Positions 10,439-19,928 of a stretch of DNA of 64,000 nt are shown one piece after another; the first letter of the stretch is position 1; every line of letters starts with the position of its first letter. A model generated the notes under the pieces. The model had not been told where the DNA came from and did not search any database. It saw nothing but the letters and a program-made list of their open reading frames with translations. The DNA comes from Gemmatimonadales bacterium (GTDB lineage Bacteria; Gemmatimonadota; Gemmatimonadetes; Gemmatimonadales; GWC2-71-9): the NCBI GenBank assembly GCA_051955835.1, contig JBQCGH010000110.1:39-64038 (forward strand). The letters run 5' to 3'. Made by a program: the position numbers and the translations under genes.

Positions 10439-10881
10439 AGATCCAGCGCCACGCCGCCATCCTGCGCGTCGTCCGGGAGCGGCGGATCGAGAGCCAGGAC
10501 GAGCTTCGGGAGGCTTTGGCTACCGAGGGCTTCACCGTCACGCAGGCCACCCTCTCGCGAGACATCCGGGAGCTCGGCCTCGCCAAGCTGGCCGACCCGC
10601 AGGGAGGCGCTTTCTACACGCATCCCCACCGCGCGGCCGTCCGGCCCGATCTAGCGCAGGTGTTGCCAACGCTCTTGGTGAGCGTGGATGGGGTCGGTCC
10701 GCTGCTGGTTCTCAAGACGGCCAGTGGGTCGGCTGGGGCGATCACCGAGGCGTTGGATCAGACGGGGTGGGCCGAGATCATCGGCACGATCGCGGGCGAC
10801 GACACCGTCCTGGTGATCACTCGGAGCCAACGCCTCCGCGAGACCGTCGCGCAGCGTATCCAGGCCCTGGTCAAGAAGTAA
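10435..10881 (+). CDS. argR: Arginine repressor
   Basis: SQDEL...TQATLSRDIRELG wHTH and IIGTIAGDDT arginine-binding motif; GTGA overlap with the upstream gene. Confidence 0.93.
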   Translation: MKIQRHAAILRVVRERRIESQDELREALATEGFTVTQATLSRDIRELGLAKLADPQGGAFYTHPHRAAVRPDLAQVLPTLLVSVDGVGPLLVLKTASGSAGAITEALDQTGWAEIIGTIAGDDTVLVITRSQRLRETVAQRIQALVKK

Positions 10882-11044
10882 GCCCGCCTCAACGTCCCTT
10901 GCCCGCCCTCAGCGGGTGCGTTACGCTTGACATGGACGTCCCGCGCGCCGCCGACGGCGCCATCGGATACGGTCCCCAGTCTCCCGTCGGGCCCGCCCCT
11001 ACCGGAGCGAGCGAGACGGGATTCGTGCATCCTCGATCCCTCCC

Positions 11045-11617
11045 GTGTCGGAGACAGCCCGCGTGCGGTGCTTGGCGTTGAACGCCTCGTTCGAGCCGTT
11101 GACGATGGTCCCGGTGCGCCGGGCCCTGCGCCTGGTCATCGAAGGCAAGGCCGAAATCGTCGAAGCGGAGGCGAACGACGTCGTCCGAAGTGAGCGGCTC
11201 ACACTTCCAAAACCAGCCATCATCAGGCTGGTCAAGTTCGTGCACGTTCCCCGCCGCTTCCGCCGTCAAGTCACCAACACATTCCTCTTCGCCCGCGACA
11301 GCTACCGCTGCCAGTATTGCCATCGCGGGCACGCGGAGCTCCGCCATCGCGAGTGCCTCACGCGGGACCACCTGATCCCGCTCTCCCGCGGGGGCGACAA
11401 CGAGTGGACCAACGTGGTGACCGCGTGCAGCTCGTGCAACACGCGAAAGGGGAACCACCTGCCCGAGGAATGCGGCATGCACCCGCTGGTGCCGCTGCGG
11501 GAGCCGCACTTCGTCCACCTCTCGTGGGCGGTCCGGCGGCTGACGTCCGCCCAGGCGAAATACATCAAGCTGTTCTACGGCGAGGAAGCGCTCCGGGCGC
11601 TCGGCGGCACGATCTAG
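11045..11617 (+). CDS. HNH endonuclease (McrA-like, zinc-binding)
   Basis: LALNASFEPL, LFARDSYRCQYC, TRDHLIPLSRGG, NVVTACSSCNTRKG. Confidence 0.9.
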   Translation: MSETARVRCLALNASFEPLTMVPVRRALRLVIEGKAEIVEAEANDVVRSERLTLPKPAIIRLVKFVHVPRRFRRQVTNTFLFARDSYRCQYCHRGHAELRHRECLTRDHLIPLSRGGDNEWTNVVTACSSCNTRKGNHLPEECGMHPLVPLREPHFVHLSWAVRRLTSAQAKYIKLFYGEEALRALGGTI

Positions 11618-11652
11618 TCCAGAGCCGGACACGCGCCGGGCCTCCCCAATCC

Positions 11653-12330
11653 CTACCGCACGTCGAACGTCTGGCTTCGCACCTCCAGCCGGAGGCTCGG
11701 CAGGCCGGCGAGCCGCAGCAGAAACCGCGTCGCCCCCCGGCCAAGCACGTCGCCCACGCTGTTCTTGTCGTCGGCCCCGTCGCCGAGATCCCCTTCCAGA
11801 AAGCGCTGCAGCTCGTCCAGATCGGAATCCGAGAGCGTCGAGATCTCCAGGGAGGCCGTGTAGTAGTAGCGCCCCGGCGCCTCGGGTCGAACGCTCACCT
11901 GGTAGGCGAAGGCGAGCGCCGCGCTCAGCGCATCGAGGGTGGCGTACCGCCGCTCCCTGACCCGGCCGCCGACGAGGGTGAGGACGGTGTACTGGTCCAG
12001 GAGCGGCTCATGGCGGAGTACCACGTCCCACACCACCTGTCGCTCGAACGCGTCGAACCAGCCTCCGCGGGAGCGCCACACGCCGAGCGTATAGTGGAGG
12101 CGCACCGGAAGCCCCGACCGGAGGGCGGCAATCCAGCGGCCGTCGTCGAGCAGGTGTTCCGAACGCACCACGGGCGCGTGCGCCCCGTCAGCGGAGGAAT
12201 CGGTCGTCAGTCTGACCGTGAGATGCACCGTCCCCGGCGCCTGCGCGCGCGCGCCTGGCGCGGCCAGGACCAGCAGGCCCACCACCGCGCATGCCCAGCG
12301 CGTCGGCCGGCGGAACGACACGGTCGACAC
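11653..12330 (-). CDS. Exported protein, DUF4390-like
   Basis: Signal peptide ending ARA-Q; ALRSGLPVRLHYTL...WFD...HEPLLDQY resembles DUF4390; last gene of an NtrYX-like operon; start uncertain. Confidence 0.55.
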   Translation of the reverse strand: MSTVSFRRPTRWACAVVGLLVLAAPGARAQAPGTVHLTVRLTTDSSADGAHAPVVRSEHLLDDGRWIAALRSGLPVRLHYTLGVWRSRGGWFDAFERQVVWDVVLRHEPLLDQYTVLTLVGGRVRERRYATLDALSAALAFAYQVSVRPEAPGRYYYTASLEISTLSDSDLDELQRFLEGDLGDGADDKNSVGDVLGRGATRFLLRLAGLPSLRLEVRSQTFDVR

Positions 12331-12335
12331 CCGCA

Positions 12336-14069
12336 CTAGAACCGGCGCTGCAGTCTCACGAGGAACCGCATCGGCTCGTCCCCGCTCAGGCCTTTCGCGA
12401 GGTAGGCGCCGATCTGGCCGGCATCGAGCCCAATGCCCACGTCTGGCTTCCACTCGTGCAGGGACGGGATACGGTCGGACGGGACCTGACCCGGCCCGCT
12501 GCCCGCAAGCCACGCTTTGCCCGCGTCCGCGAAGAAGACCAGGTCCGCTTCCTCGATCCCGATGAAGCGTCCCGGTGCGCCGCTCTCATCCTCGTGCATG
12601 CGGTACCCGAGATTCAGGCCGAGACGGGTCCGGACTTCGATCTGCGCGGTGAGAGAGCGGTCGCAAAGGGGTGGCAGGGAGGGATCGGTGAACCCATCCG
12701 GGGCGCAGGTAAAGGCGCGGAACCCGTAGCCCGGCAGCAGATCGGGACCGCCGAGTGACACGCGCCGCTGCACCGGTAGCCGATCGCCGGCGAGCCAGCC
12801 GTCGGCCCGCAACCGGCCGTTGACCCGCAGGCTCGGCGAGAGCCGCGAATAACGGCGCAGGTCGAGCACGACGCGGTCGAAGGCGTACCCCCCGCCGGTG
12901 GGCGTAGGAGGGCGGACCGTCTCGGGCAAGGCAATGGGCTCGACGTCGTCACTCGTCGAGTGCTCGTACAGGCCGCGCAGGAACCAGCCAGTCGTGGGAA
13001 CGTCGCGGTCGTTCCGCGTGTCGAGCTGCACCTGAAGGCCGGTGGTGAAGTAGTGGCCGTCGTCGCTCAGCGGGTTTCTTCGCCAGCGGTCGCTGTTCCT
13101 GAGCAGCGACCAGGGATCGATGGCCCGCAGCGAGCGCTCGTGGTCGCGCCGAATCGAGGCCTCGACCCGCAGGCTCGGGGTGGGCTCGACCCAGGCCGAG
13201 CCGCCCCCACCCAGGCGCTCCAACCAGTCGCGGTAGTCGCGTTGCAGGAGAAACGCCGACCAGCCGCTCTCCGCCGCCGACAGGGGCTGGTCCTCGAAGG
13301 ATCCCACCTCGTCGTACACCCGGCCGGCCACGCCGCCCCAGGGATTCCGCAGCTCCGCGCGAATGCCATAGCCGAAATCACTGCTCAGACGGGCGCCCTC
13401 GCCGCCAGTGCGGATGATGCCGCGAACATCGAGACGAGCGAGCGTGGTGCGGGAGGGGCGGAGCTCGAAAATCGGACCAAAGACGACCGGCAGGCCCTCC
13501 ACCCGGTTGTACGTGCCGCCGGTGGCGAGCAGCAGCGTCGTCCGCACCTTGCCCGTCTGAAAGCTGGTGCGGGCGGAGGCGAGATCGGTCAGCGGGCGCC
13601 GGCGCTCACGCACGACCAGCGTCCCCGCCGCCGTCCGAAGCACGGGCGCCGCATCCCAGATCACCCGCTCACGCCCGACATGGCGTGCCGTGGGGCTTCG
13701 AATGAGCCGGCCTCCGACCACGAGCACGTCGCCGTCGACGTCCGCGCCGGGCAGGAGGTAGAGCGTCGCGTTGATGACGGTGACGTCGCCTCGCACCCGT
13801 CCCGCGATGCGGAGCGATCCGCGGAACATCGCGAGACGGCCGTCGAATGCGCTGCCCGTCGGAAAGGTCACGTCGCCTTGCAGGTGAGTGGTGGTGCTGT
13901 CATTGTAGGCCTGGAGGAGCTCGGCGACGACATCGGGGGGCGGCCCCGCCCGCACGATTGCCGAATCGCCGGGCGGCTGGTCGGGGTCGATCACGATCAC
14001 GCTGTCCTGTGCCCGGCCGGGCCGGGGCAGGGCGAGCAGAAAGAGGAGACCGCCGACGAGGAGTCGCAT
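12336..14069 (-). CDS. Outer-membrane protein with N-terminal beta-helix-like repeats and a C-terminal Omp85/BamA-TamA-type barrel
   Basis: Signal peptide MRLLVGGLLFLLALPRPGRA-Q; GDVTV/GDVLVVGG repeats; YNRVEGL; LDTRND...PTTGW; LGG..LPGY; C-terminal Phe. Confidence 0.7.
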   Translation of the reverse strand: MRLLVGGLLFLLALPRPGRAQDSVIVIDPDQPPGDSAIVRAGPPPDVVAELLQAYNDSTTTHLQGDVTFPTGSAFDGRLAMFRGSLRIAGRVRGDVTVINATLYLLPGADVDGDVLVVGGRLIRSPTARHVGRERVIWDAAPVLRTAAGTLVVRERRRPLTDLASARTSFQTGKVRTTLLLATGGTYNRVEGLPVVFGPIFELRPSRTTLARLDVRGIIRTGGEGARLSSDFGYGIRAELRNPWGGVAGRVYDEVGSFEDQPLSAAESGWSAFLLQRDYRDWLERLGGGGSAWVEPTPSLRVEASIRRDHERSLRAIDPWSLLRNSDRWRRNPLSDDGHYFTTGLQVQLDTRNDRDVPTTGWFLRGLYEHSTSDDVEPIALPETVRPPTPTGGGYAFDRVVLDLRRYSRLSPSLRVNGRLRADGWLAGDRLPVQRRVSLGGPDLLPGYGFRAFTCAPDGFTDPSLPPLCDRSLTAQIEVRTRLGLNLGYRMHEDESGAPGRFIGIEEADLVFFADAGKAWLAGSGPGQVPSDRIPSLHEWKPDVGIGLDAGQIGAYLAKGLSGDEPMRFLVRLQRRF

Positions 14070-14104
14070 GCGGAGCTCGGGTCGTGAGGAGAACGGGGTG
14101 GGTG

Positions 14105-15457
14105 TCAGTCTCGATCGAGTCCCAACCGCCGGATGCGCCGGTACAGGTTCGCCCGATCGGTCCGGAGCAGCCGCGCGGCCTCGGCGATGCTGCCGCCGGC
14201 TTGCGAGAGCGCGCTGGCGATGAGCCCGCGCTCGTGGTCGTCCAGCGCTTCGGACAGGGACTGTCCCGGCGCGATGCTGGGGGGAGACGGCGGCGGGCCG
14301 CCGCGCAAGACCTGGCGCACGGCGGAGGCATCGACCGTCGGCCCGCTCAGGATGATGAGCCGCTCGATGAGGTTCGCCAGCTCGCGCACGTTGCCGGGCC
14401 AGAGGTAGCCAGCCAGCGCCTCGAGCGCGTCGGGCGAGAAGGTCGGCGCCTGCCGCGGGCGGATGCGTTCGGCGAGGTGCGCCACCAGCGCGGGAAGGTC
14501 CTCCAGCCGCTCGCGGAGCGGCGGGAGGTGAATGGGGAAGACGTTGAGCCGAAAAAACAGGTCTTCTCGGAAATCGCCCCGCTGGACAGCTTCCTCGAGC
14601 GCGTGGTTCGTCGCCGCGATGACCCGCACATCGACCCGCTGCGCGCGCTCGGCGCCCAGCCGCTGCAGGTCGCCGGATTCGAGGGTGCGAAGCAGCTTGG
14701 CCTGCGCGTCGCCGTTGAGGTCGCCGATCTCGTCGAGGAACAGCGTCCCCTCGTGGGCCAGCTCGAAGCGGCCAAGCCGCCGCTCGGTGGCGCCGGTAAA
14801 GGCGCCCCGCTCGTGGCCGAACATCTCGGACTCCACCAGGTCCCGTGGGATCGCGGCGCAATTGACCGTGACGAACGCACGCGCCGCCCTGACGCTGGCG
14901 GAATGCACCGCGGCCGCCGCCAGCTCCTTGCCCGTGCCGCTTTCCCCGGTGAGCAACACGCGCGCCTCGGTCGGCGCCACCCGGGCGATGAGCGCGCGCA
15001 CCCGCTGCATGGCGCCGCTCTGCCCGATCAAGGCACTGCGTCGGCCGAGCTCCGCTTGGAGCGCGCGGTTTTCCGCGCGCGTGTGGTTGAGCTCGAGGGC
15101 GGCGCGTACGGTCACCAGCACCGATTCGGGCGTGAGGGGCTTCTCGAGGAACTGGAAGGCACCGAGTTTGACGGCGCGCACCGCGTCGCCGAGCTGCGCC
15201 TTCCCGCTCATCATGATGACGGGCGTGTTCCTCCCCCGGTCGCGCATCCTCGTGAGCGTCTCGAGGCCGTCGGGCCCGGGCGGGATGAGCAGATCGAGCA
15301 GGACCACGTCGGGGTCGACGTCGTCGAGCTGAAGCAGCGCCGCGTTGCCGTTGGGCGCCTCGGCCACGGTGAACCCTTCCTCCCGAAGCAACGCGGCCAG
15401 CATCCGGCGGATGTTGGCCTCGTCGTCCACCAGAAGCACCTGGGCACGGGGACTCAT
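14105..15457 (-). CDS. Sigma54-dependent response regulator (NtrC/NtrX family)
   Basis: Receiver (VDDE, LLDL, FLEKP), GESGTGKE, ESEMFGHERGAFTGA, LFLDEIGD, WPGNVREL, Fis-type HTH. Confidence 0.93.
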   Translation of the reverse strand: MSPRAQVLLVDDEANIRRMLAALLREEGFTVAEAPNGNAALLQLDDVDPDVVLLDLLIPPGPDGLETLTRMRDRGRNTPVIMMSGKAQLGDAVRAVKLGAFQFLEKPLTPESVLVTVRAALELNHTRAENRALQAELGRRSALIGQSGAMQRVRALIARVAPTEARVLLTGESGTGKELAAAAVHSASVRAARAFVTVNCAAIPRDLVESEMFGHERGAFTGATERRLGRFELAHEGTLFLDEIGDLNGDAQAKLLRTLESGDLQRLGAERAQRVDVRVIAATNHALEEAVQRGDFREDLFFRLNVFPIHLPPLRERLEDLPALVAHLAERIRPRQAPTFSPDALEALAGYLWPGNVRELANLIERLIILSGPTVDASAVRQVLRGGPPPSPPSIAPGQSLSEALDDHERGLIASALSQAGGSIAEAARLLRTDRANLYRRIRRLGLDRD

Positions 15458-16641
15458 GCCCGCCCCCGAAGACGGACCACGAACGTCGCGCCGCCGCCGG
15501 GCGTCTCCTCGACGGCAATGGCGCCGCGGTGCATCTCCACCGTCTGCTTGGCCATCGCGAGCCCCAGCCCGGTCCCACCGCTCTTGGCGGTGACATAGGG
15601 GTCGAACAGGCGCGACACGAGCTCGGCCGGCACACCGGGCCCGTGGTCGCGGATCTCGACCCGCACGCCCCCGTCCTCCGGGCAGGCGGAGAGCTCGATC
15701 TGGCCTTCGGCGTCGCACGCCTCGACCGCATTCCGCACGATGTTCGTGAACGCACGGTGGAGTGGATCGTAGTGGCCGAGCAAGGTGGGCAGCGCCGGGT
15801 CGAGCGCGAGGCGGACCTGCATCGTGGACGGCACGCTGGTGCGCGCGAGACCCGTCAGCAGCTCGCCCAGGTCGACCGGTGCGGCCGGCCCTTCGGGAAG
15901 CCGCCCGAACACCGTGAACACCCGCGCCAGCTGCTCGAGCCGTCCCGATTCCGTGGTCAGCACCTCGATCGCGTCCTGCTGTATCGGACTCGCCGTTCGG
16001 GCGAGCTGGGCGACGGCGAGTCGGATCGGCGTGAGCGGGTTCCTCATCTCGTGCGCCACCCGGCGTGCCGTTTCGCGGAACGCGCGCAGGCGCTCCGCTT
16101 CGATCGTGCGCGCGCGTCCGTGCTCGAGCGCGTCTGCCATCTCCCGCAGTGCGGTGCGGAGCGCCTCGAACTCCGGCGCGCCGCGGCCCGGCCGAGCGGC
16201 GGGCAGCGGTTCCAGTCGCCGGATGTGGCCGGTCCACCCGATGAGCTCTTCGATCGGCCGGCTGAGCTGGCGCGACAGGTGGCCGCCCAGCCGAATCGAC
16301 GCGTAGAGGAAGGCCGCACCCACGAGGAGCACGACCAGACCCAGCCCGGCGTAGTAGTATCGCGAGAAGGCCGCGGCACGCTGAAACTGCCCCAACGCCT
16401 GATTGAGCTTGTTGGCGTGGTCATCCAAGGCTCGGCGCTCGGCACGGGTGAGCCTGGTGGAGTCGAGTGTCTGGAGCAGGGTTCGGCCCGAGGCGCCGAC
16501 GGCTTCCATGGCGCGCAGCGCACCGGCCGCGGGCGTGGTCGACCGCACGGTCAGGGCCCAGCCGAGGATGGCGGCCGCGGTGGGCACCGCGCCCAGGCAA
16601 ATCAGGATGAGGAGGATCCGCTGGCGGAAGGCAAGGCGCAT
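15454..16641 (-). CDS. Membrane sensor histidine kinase (NtrY-like, HAMP)
   Basis: Two TM helices, VAHEMRNPLTPI H-box, NIVRNAVEA, DHGPGV, GTGLGL. Confidence 0.9.
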   Translation of the reverse strand: MRLAFRQRILLILICLGAVPTAAAILGWALTVRSTTPAAGALRAMEAVGASGRTLLQTLDSTRLTRAERRALDDHANKLNQALGQFQRAAAFSRYYYAGLGLVVLLVGAAFLYASIRLGGHLSRQLSRPIEELIGWTGHIRRLEPLPAARPGRGAPEFEALRTALREMADALEHGRARTIEAERLRAFRETARRVAHEMRNPLTPIRLAVAQLARTASPIQQDAIEVLTTESGRLEQLARVFTVFGRLPEGPAAPVDLGELLTGLARTSVPSTMQVRLALDPALPTLLGHYDPLHRAFTNIVRNAVEACDAEGQIELSACPEDGGVRVEIRDHGPGVPAELVSRLFDPYVTAKSGGTGLGLAMAKQTVEMHRGAIAVEETPGGGATFVVRLRGRA

Positions 16642-17849
16642 CGCCTCTCAAGATAAGCCGCGGCCCCGTGCACGGCCCAGCCGGCCAGCAGGCCCACCGC
16701 CACGGCGATCCACTCCGAGCCGTCCACCGGTGCGAACCCCATGGTCCCGGGGAGCAGCGCGAGCCCGGCAACGGCGACGATGACGAGCCAGGCGACCGCC
16801 CGGACCGGCCGCTCGGTGCGAGCTCCCCAATAGCCGAGCGGAATGGTCGACACCGCGAGGCACAGGGCGCTGAACCAGCGCACGCGCTCGCCCGCCGCAA
16901 TCTCGAACGGGGAGATGAGCCGCCAGCCGTACGCCGGCGATACCGTGAAACGGACCTCGCGCGTTGTCCCGTCGGCGGTGGAGCTGAGGCGGAGCACGCC
17001 TCCGCGCGCCACGGCGCGGAGATGCACGGGTGTGCCGGGCATCGCGGGAATCCCGCCGGGCAGCGTGAGCGAAACCAGCCTCGAGCGGAACCGGAGGCCC
17101 CGAACCGGCAGCACGAGGGCTGCGCGGTCCTTCGTCTCCAGCAACCCGAATGCCCAGGTCGACGGTCCGAGCAGACCGTAGATCCAGGCGGGCTGCGAGA
17201 GCCGGCGTCCGGTGACGACATCGACATCGAGCGTGAACGTCTCGGATTCGAGGCTGCCCCTGATCCGCGGCGCGTCGGGCGGCTCGCCGCCATCCGGCAT
17301 GGGCACGCCATCGAGGCGGACCGCCAGCACGCGTCCGCCGAACGCCCCTGTCTCGGGCACCTTGGGAGCCCAGAGGCTGGTAAGTCTGTCGGCGGGAATC
17401 GACGGCTGGAGCAACCAGCCCGAGAATGCCAACGCCGCGATCCACGCGACGCTCCCGCCCAGGAGCAGCCGCCTTGCCCGAATTGGCGGCGGCCACACGG
17501 CCACAGGGAGGCCGACGCCCAACGCGGCGCCGATGGCGCCGCTCGCCGTATTGGTAATTAGATCGCTGAGGCTTGCGTCCCGACCGGGGATCGCGACCAG
17601 CTGCAGCAGCTCGATCGTGAATGACGTCCCGGCGCACCAGAGCACGCACCGTCGCCACGGGACTCCGGCCAGCCGGAGCCCGGCGGCGAATGGAAGGAAG
17701 AGGATGAGGTTGGCGATGATATCGGCGCCACCCTCGTCCCCGCACACCAGGCAACCGACCGGGGTGAGGCTCGCGAGGTACGCGGAGTCGGGGGATGGCG
17801 TCAGGGTCGCCAGGGCGATGAGCACCGCGCCGGCCACTGCGAGGCCCAC
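16602..17849 (-). CDS. VanZ-like family membrane protein
   Basis: DIIANLILFLPF, SFTIELLQL..PGRDASLSDLITNTASG; start uncertain. Confidence 0.75.
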   Translation of the reverse strand: MGLAVAGAVLIALATLTPSPDSAYLASLTPVGCLVCGDEGGADIIANLILFLPFAAGLRLAGVPWRRCVLWCAGTSFTIELLQLVAIPGRDASLSDLITNTASGAIGAALGVGLPVAVWPPPIRARRLLLGGSVAWIAALAFSGWLLQPSIPADRLTSLWAPKVPETGAFGGRVLAVRLDGVPMPDGGEPPDAPRIRGSLESETFTLDVDVVTGRRLSQPAWIYGLLGPSTWAFGLLETKDRAALVLPVRGLRFRSRLVSLTLPGGIPAMPGTPVHLRAVARGGVLRLSSTADGTTREVRFTVSPAYGWRLISPFEIAAGERVRWFSALCLAVSTIPLGYWGARTERPVRAVAWLVIVAVAGLALLPGTMGFAPVDGSEWIAVAVGLLAGWAVHGAAAYLERRCALPSASGSSSS

Positions 17850-17890
17850 GCCGAACCGCCGCCACCCGTCCCGGCCCCCGGCTCCGGCGC

Positions 17891-18646
17891 TCAGGCGTGC
17901 CGCCGGTCGGCGCGCACGATGATCGGCGAGCCCAGCAGGCGAGTGACCCCGAACCGACGCGCGGGCCACTCGATCACGCGCCCCAGCCGGTCCGACCGCA
18001 TCATGCGATAGAGCATCATGGGCATGAAGAACTGGGGGACCTGTTGTACCACGCGGAAGCCACTTCGGGTGAAGGCCTGCGCGATGTCCTCGGGATCGTA
18101 CACGGCGTAGGGGCGGGTGAGCGCGCCTTCGACCGAGCGCTTCATTGCGAACATCCGATCGGCGATGACGTTGATGCTGCGCCGCGAGGGATAGTCCGCG
18201 ACGACGCGATCCGCCGCCACCCGGCACAGCTCGCCGACCAGCCGGGTCCAGGCCACGCTGTGCGCGAGCAGCCGAAAGCAGAGCACGGCCGAAAACGCGG
18301 CCGGCGCATACGGAAGCCGCTGCAGGTCCGCGACGTCGAATCGGCACTGACCCGCCGCCACCCAGGGGCCAAGGTTGCGGCCACAGGCACGGTCGCTGCC
18401 GACGACCGTCACACGGTACCCGCGGGCGACCAGCGGCGGCACAAGCTGCGCATGCCCCCCGCCGACGTCGAGGATGGTCGCGCCGGCGGGAAGTCCCGTC
18501 AGGGCGTTCAGGGTAATGTTTGCCTGAAGCTCGAGGAACCACCGGCCCACGGTGCCGCTGAACCGGGCCGCATACGCGTCCGAGGACGAGGCGAGATCGG
18601 CGTCCTCGCGGGGTTCCGGGCCGGGCGGCCTGCTCGGTGGGCTCAT
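17891..18646 (-). CDS. Class I SAM-dependent methyltransferase
   Basis: ILDVGGGHAQ motif I, ADLQRLPY..AAF. Confidence 0.85.
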   Translation of the reverse strand: MSPPSRPPGPEPREDADLASSSDAYAARFSGTVGRWFLELQANITLNALTGLPAGATILDVGGGHAQLVPPLVARGYRVTVVGSDRACGRNLGPWVAAGQCRFDVADLQRLPYAPAAFSAVLCFRLLAHSVAWTRLVGELCRVAADRVVADYPSRRSINVIADRMFAMKRSVEGALTRPYAVYDPEDIAQAFTRSGFRVVQQVPQFFMPMMLYRMMRSDRLGRVIEWPARRFGVTRLLGSPIIVRADRRHA

Positions 18647-18728
18647 CAAGGGGCCGGCGATCGCACACCCATCAGGCGGTCGCGTCCGGCGACCGTGGTG
18701 CACGCGGGCCGGCAGAGCCTCGTTGCAA

Positions 18729-19928
18729 TCAGGCGCGCTCGCTACGCGCGGCCCGCTCGAGCTCCGCGACGAGCAACCGCGCGCTCCGTTCCCAGGAAAA
18801 TTCTCGCGCCCGCGCCAGGCCGCGGGCCCTGAGCGTCTCGGCGAGCCCGGGTTCCCGCAGCAGCCGGGTCATCGCCTCGGCCATGCCGTCGACATCGTCG
18901 GGGTGAACCACCAGGGCCGCATCGCCCACGACCTCGGGACAGGCGGACACGTTCGAGGTGATCACCGGACATCCGCAGGCCATCGCCTCGACCAGGGGAA
19001 TGCCGAAGCTCTCGTAGTACGACGGAAACAGCAGCGCCCCAGCCATGGTGTAGAAGGCGGGCATGTCGGCATGATCCACCAGACCCACGACCCGCACCGC
19101 GGCGGGGTCGACGTAGCGACGGAGCACGGCCGGCGGGAGTCGCTCGGTGAGGCCACCGCCCAGGACGACCAAGGGCGGGCACTCCGGTACGGCCTCGCGC
19201 ACGCGCCCGAAGGCCTCCAGCACGCCCTCCACGTTTTTCAGCGGACAGATGGTCTCGCCGGTGTACTCGAGCCGTGCCCCACCGCGCGCCACCACGAGAA
19301 AGTACGGCTCCGGCGGGACGGCGTAGCGCTCCCGGATGTGTTGAAGGCGGGCCTCATCCATTTCGGGGCTGAACCGCGCGTCGGCCGCGGCGTGCAGGGT
19401 CGTCATCTTCTCCCGCGGCACGCCCGCCAGCGCCTCCAGCTCCCGCGCCAGCGAATTCGAGTTGGTCAGCACCCGCTCGGCGGCCCGACAGAACATCGGG
19501 ATGCTGAGCACGTTGTACCGGCGGTTCAGGCGGTCTGCGACACCCGGATACCACTCCGGATTGGTCCAGTATGCCGAGCAGCGCTGCTGCACCACCGTGG
19601 GGCAGGGGGCGAGGAGCGGGATGCTGAACTTGTGGTGAAAGAGCACGTCGAGCCGCTCGCGCCGGGCGGCCAAGGGGACGGCGACCTGATCCCAGACCAG
19701 CTTGCTGGGCGCGCGCACCACGCGCTCCGTCACATTGGGTACGTGGGCGTAGCGGCCGGCCTGATCCGCGGACATGTAGAACAGGACATACTGGTTGACA
19801 GGATCCACCTGGAACAGAGCGTCGCACAGCTGCCTGGCGTAGACGCCGACCCCGTCCACCTCGCGGATGCCGCGCAGCATGAGGCCGATACGCAAGGGCC
19901 GGCCGTTCGGCGTCGGGAGCGCGATCAT
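18729..19928 (-). CDS. Glycosyltransferase family 4
   Basis: FPSYYESFGIPLVEAMACGCPVITSN...PEVVGDAA. Confidence 0.9.
   Translation of the reverse strand: MIALPTPNGRPLRIGLMLRGIREVDGVGVYARQLCDALFQVDPVNQYVLFYMSADQAGRYAHVPNVTERVVRAPSKLVWDQVAVPLAARRERLDVLFHHKFSIPLLAPCPTVVQQRCSAYWTNPEWYPGVADRLNRRYNVLSIPMFCRAAERVLTNSNSLARELEALAGVPREKMTTLHAAADARFSPEMDEARLQHIRERYAVPPEPYFLVVARGGARLEYTGETICPLKNVEGVLEAFGRVREAVPECPPLVVLGGGLTERLPPAVLRRYVDPAAVRVVGLVDHADMPAFYTMAGALLFPSYYESFGIPLVEAMACGCPVITSNVSACPEVVGDAALVVHPDDVDGMAEAMTRLLREPGLAETLRARGLARAREFSWERSARLLVAELERAARSERA

Noticed and set aside
11045-11617. HNH gene as a mobile element or defence system
   Set aside because: No intron, transposase, methylase or repeats nearby; looks like the widespread standalone chromosomal HNH family
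12336-15755. 1139-aa ORF as one giant protein
   Set aside because: The first ~560 codons are an off-frame shadow of the response regulator/kinase; a signal peptide begins at 14069
16602-18668. 688-aa ORF as a methyltransferase-VanZ fusion
   Set aside because: The upstream part is an alternate frame over the methyltransferase, which has its own stop at 17891
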